DNA of 10,080 nucleotides from Octopus sinensis (Eukaryota). Where the stretch lies: NCBI RefSeq assembly GCF_006345805.1, contig NW_021827608.1:1-10080 (forward strand). The letters are read 5' to 3'. The notes beneath the pieces were generated by a model, which made no database searches, was not told the DNA's origin, and worked only from the letters and a program-made list of their open reading frames with translations. Below are positions 7,767 to 10,080 of the stretch, piece by piece (the first letter of the stretch is position 1; each line of letters opens with the position of its first letter). Position numbers and translations under genes: made by a program.

Positions 7767-8273
7767 TTAGAAGTTGCCAAAGTGGTTGAAGTGGTAAGGG
7801 GTGTTAAAAGGGATGCCTTGGAAGGGGTTCAGATTTGAAGTGTAGACTGGGGGCTGAATGCGTGGGTAGTTATTGTAGGGCTGGTTGATAAAGGGTAGTT
7901 CTGGGATGGCAAGGGGTACACCTTGGTAGGGCAAATAGGTTTGTTGTACGTGTGGATATGGGGCATGTGTAATTGGGCCATGTGTAAATGGGTAGAAACC
8001 TTCTCCGTAGTGTCCAGTGTGTGAGTCATGGTGAAAATTAGGGTAAGAATTGCCATAATGGTGGTCGTATGGAGAACCATAGGAACCATATGGAGAACCA
8101 TAAGGAGGATGATGATATCCTGCACCTGAATGTGTTGTGTGGTCGGGATGGGGAACAGGAGGATGGGGGTACCCATGATGTGGGTACCCATGATGTGGGT
8201 AGCCACTGGGATAACCGTGGGTGTGTGGGTAGGGCTGACCTGTTCCTGGTGTTCCCATTCCTAGATCGACCAT
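7767..8273 (-). CDS. His/Pro/Tyr/Gly-rich low-complexity protein (168 aa from the in-exon ATG; could be extended by an upstream phase-1 exon)
   Basis: Non-TE, GC-richer ORF bounded by the acceptor TTATTTTTGTCTCTTCAACAG|G (exon start 8281) and the donor TGGT|GTAAGT (exon end 7737). The ATG at 8273 is in a strong context (GCAAATATGG). It contains GYPHH and YGS repeats. The first 23 codons of the ORF-track call are intronic. Confidence 0.85.
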   Translation of the reverse strand: MVDLGMGTPGTGQPYPHTHGYPSGYPHHGYPHHGYPHPPVPHPDHTTHSGAGYHHPPYGSPYGSYGSPYDHHYGNSYPNFHHDSHTGHYGEGFYPFTHGPITHAPYPHVQQTYLPYQGVPLAIPELPFINQPYNNYPRIQPPVYTSNLNPFQGIPFNTPYHFNHFGNF

Positions 8274-8342
8274 ATTTGCACCTGTTGAAGAGACAAAAAT
8301 AAAAACATAATTATGAGGAGAATTTGTTATATACATGTATGT

Positions 8343-8988
8343 CATTATCATCGTTTAGCGTCCGCTTTCCATGCTAGCATGGGTTGGACGGTTCAACTGG
8401 GGTCTGTGAAGCCAGAAGGCTGCACCAGGCTCCAGTCTGATCTGGCAATGTTTCTACGGCTGGATGCCCTTCCTAACACCAACCACTCCGTGAGTGTAGT
8501 GGGTGCTTTTTACATGCCACCGGCACAGGTGCCAGACGAGCCTGGCAAAGGGCCACAATCGGATGGTGCTTTTTATGTGCCACCGGCACGGGGGCCAGGA
8601 GAGGCTGGCAAACGGCCATGATCAGATGGTGCTTCTTATGTGCCACTGGCACGGGGGCCAGGCGAGTCTGGCAAATGGCCACGATCGGATGATGCTTTTT
8701 ATGTGCCACCGGCATGGGTGCCAGGCGAGGCTGGCAATAGCCACGATTGGATGGTGCTTCTTATGTGCCACCGGCACGGGGGCCAGGCGAGGCTGGCAAA
8801 CGGCCACGATTGGATGGTGCTTTTTATGTGCCACCGGCACGGGGGCCAGGCGAGGCTGGCAAACGGCCACGATTGGATGGTGCTTTTTATGTGCCACCGG
8901 CACGGGGGCCAGGCGAGGCTGGCAAACGGCCACGATCGGATGGTGCTTTTTATGTGTCACCGGCATGAGGCCAGTCGGGGCGGCGCTG
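8343..8988 (-). mobile_element. SINE-like element of a second family with an internal minisatellite and a (GAT)n-type tail
   Basis: The minus strand has GGTTGGTGTTAGGAAGGGCATCCAGCCGTAGAAA (resembling a conserved metazoan SINE central domain) and ends ...GCGGACGCTAAACGATGATAATGA. No tRNA head is visible. Confidence 0.65.
8502..8975. repeat. 63-bp GC-rich minisatellite, about 7.5 units
   Basis: The unit GGTGCTTTTTATGTGCCACCGGCACGGGGGCCAGGCGAGGCTGGCAAACGGCCACGATTGGAT starts at 8502, 8565, 8628, 8691, 8753, 8816, 8879 and 8942. Confidence 0.95.
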
Positions 8989-9114
8989 TGTGTATACATA
9001 TATAAACATGTATGTGTGTATGTTCGAACAGACACACATTCACACACACAATATATATATATACACATTGGCTGATTCCATAAATAATGCATTAATTTAA
9101 TGCTTTTTATATCT

Positions 9115-9317
9115 TACTCTTTTACTTGCTTCAGTCATTTGACTGTGGCCATGCTGGTGCACTGCCTTTAGTCAAGTAAATCGACCCCAGGACTTATTCT
9201 TTGTAAGCCTAGTACTTATTCTATCGGTCTTTTTTGCCGAACTGCTAAGTTAGAGGGGCGTAAACACACCAGCATCGGTTGTCAAGCGATGTTAGGGGCA
9301 CAAACACAGACACACAA
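9115..9317 (-). mobile_element. SINE copy 6, 3' half
   Basis: TACTCTTTTACTTGCTTCAGTCATTTGACTG...GTTGTCAAGCGATG...CAAACACAGACAC, matching the same family. Confidence 0.9.
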
Positions 9318-9342
9318 ATATATACACACACATACATATATA

Positions 9343-9373
<31 letters not shown>

Positions 9374-9400
9374 GTTTGTCCCCCCAATATTTATATGTAT

Positions 9401-9613
9401 ATGTGTTTGTCCCCCCAACATCGCTTGACAACCGATGCTGGTGTGTTTACGTCTCCGTAACTTAGCAGCTCAGCAAAAGGGACTGTTAGAATAAGTACTA
9501 GGCTTACAAAGAATAAGTCCTCGGGGGTCGATTTGCTCGACTAAAGGCGGTGCTCCAGCATGGTCACAGCATGGTCACATGACTGAAACAAGTAAAAGAG
9601 TAATAGAGAGTAA
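9401..9613 (+). mobile_element. SINE copy 7, 3' half, inverted relative to copy 6
   Basis: GTGTTTGTCCCCCCAACATCGCTTGACAACCGATGCTGG...GACTGAAACAAGTAAAAGAGTAA is the reverse complement of the family 3' half. Confidence 0.9.
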
Positions 9614-9893
9614 CAGTTACTAGAGTTTGAAGGACAGCCTTGTCAAGCTTTAGAGATCTTCCAGGACAAGGCTGTAGTTTCTGGAACCAAATTTGACACT
9701 AGCTTACACCTATTGTCCAATCCCCATATACTGCGTTAATATTCCTCACACTTTCCATTGGATTATTTACATTATTGAACTCATAAAGCAAAATATGCCA
9801 AATATGCTCCTTTGTCACTTCCATTATAGCTTCGAGTCTCCTCCCCATTTTTGTAATTATGAAGAACAACACACACAAAAAAAGAAGAAAAAA

Positions 9894-10080
9894 AATGTCT
9901 TAGGAAAGGAGAGATGATGGAAAGAAAATCATTCAAGCCATTTTTCAGTGAATTCAGGGAGAATTTACCTCATCAAAATTTAGAATATATATATATATAT
10001 ATATCTATATAATGTTTTTGGAAGGGAGAGATGGTGGAAAGAAAATCATTCAAGCCATTTTTCAGTGAATTCAGGGAGAA
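9894..10080. repeat. Direct duplication with a 117-bp period, running off the window edge
   Basis: GGAGAGATG.TGGAAAGAAAATCATTCAAGCCATTTTTCAGTGAATTCAGGGAGAA occurs at about 9908-9963 and 10025-10080, separated by a short TA tract. Confidence 0.9.

Noticed and set aside
7829-8302. Alternative-frame and antisense ORFs over the His-rich exon (7829-8206 minus, 8069-8302 plus)
   Set aside because: They are shadows of the main frame. The main frame has the Kozak ATG, coherent composition and matching splice boundaries.
8282-8351. N-terminal 23 aa (MIMTYMYITNSPHNYVFIFVSST) as a signal peptide
   Set aside because: It corresponds to the intron polypyrimidine tract and acceptor and runs into a SINE tail.
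8502-8975. CRISPR-like array
   Set aside because: The units are contiguous tandem repeats with no unique spacers, the context is eukaryotic, and there are no cas genes.
8313-9092. Overlapping repeat-protein ORFs with 21-aa periodicity
   Set aside because: They are a by-product of a stop-poor 63-bp minisatellite in a SINE-like element. The frame shifts at the 62-bp unit and there is no splice or start support.
9700-9760. Minus-strand donor-like GT|GTAAGC as the upstream exon of the His-rich gene
   Set aside because: The phase-1 frame meets a stop within about 10 codons and has no signal-peptide character. A non-coding exon cannot be supported from sequence alone.

Overview
AT-rich, microsatellite-dense eukaryotic DNA. 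The repeat families point to an octopus/coleoid cephalopod genome (inference). One likely protein-coding gene lies on the minus strand: a single coding exon (7737-8281) encoding a 168-aa His/Pro/Tyr/Gly-rich low-complexity protein, followed by a probable 3'-UTR intron and a terminal UTR exon (about 6879 to 6040). The rest is nested mobile DNA. There are seven full or half copies of one tRNA-derived CORE-type SINE, one of them interrupted by a 375-bp solo LTR with a 5-bp TSD. There is also the 3' end of an R4/Dong-like non-LTR element sitting in (TAA)n, a tRNA-like head, a SINE-like element carrying a 63-bp minisatellite, and several fold-back elements beside (TA)n. The most interesting hidden signal is a cluster of minimal type I hammerhead-ribozyme motifs (1524-1597, 1789-1824, 2677-2717 minus, 3030-3072, plus a half motif near 7310). 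Two of these sit in a 339-bp tandem-plus-inverted repeat resembling a Penelope-mobilised non-LTR retrozyme. Nearly all other ORFs in the track are repeat-derived artefacts.
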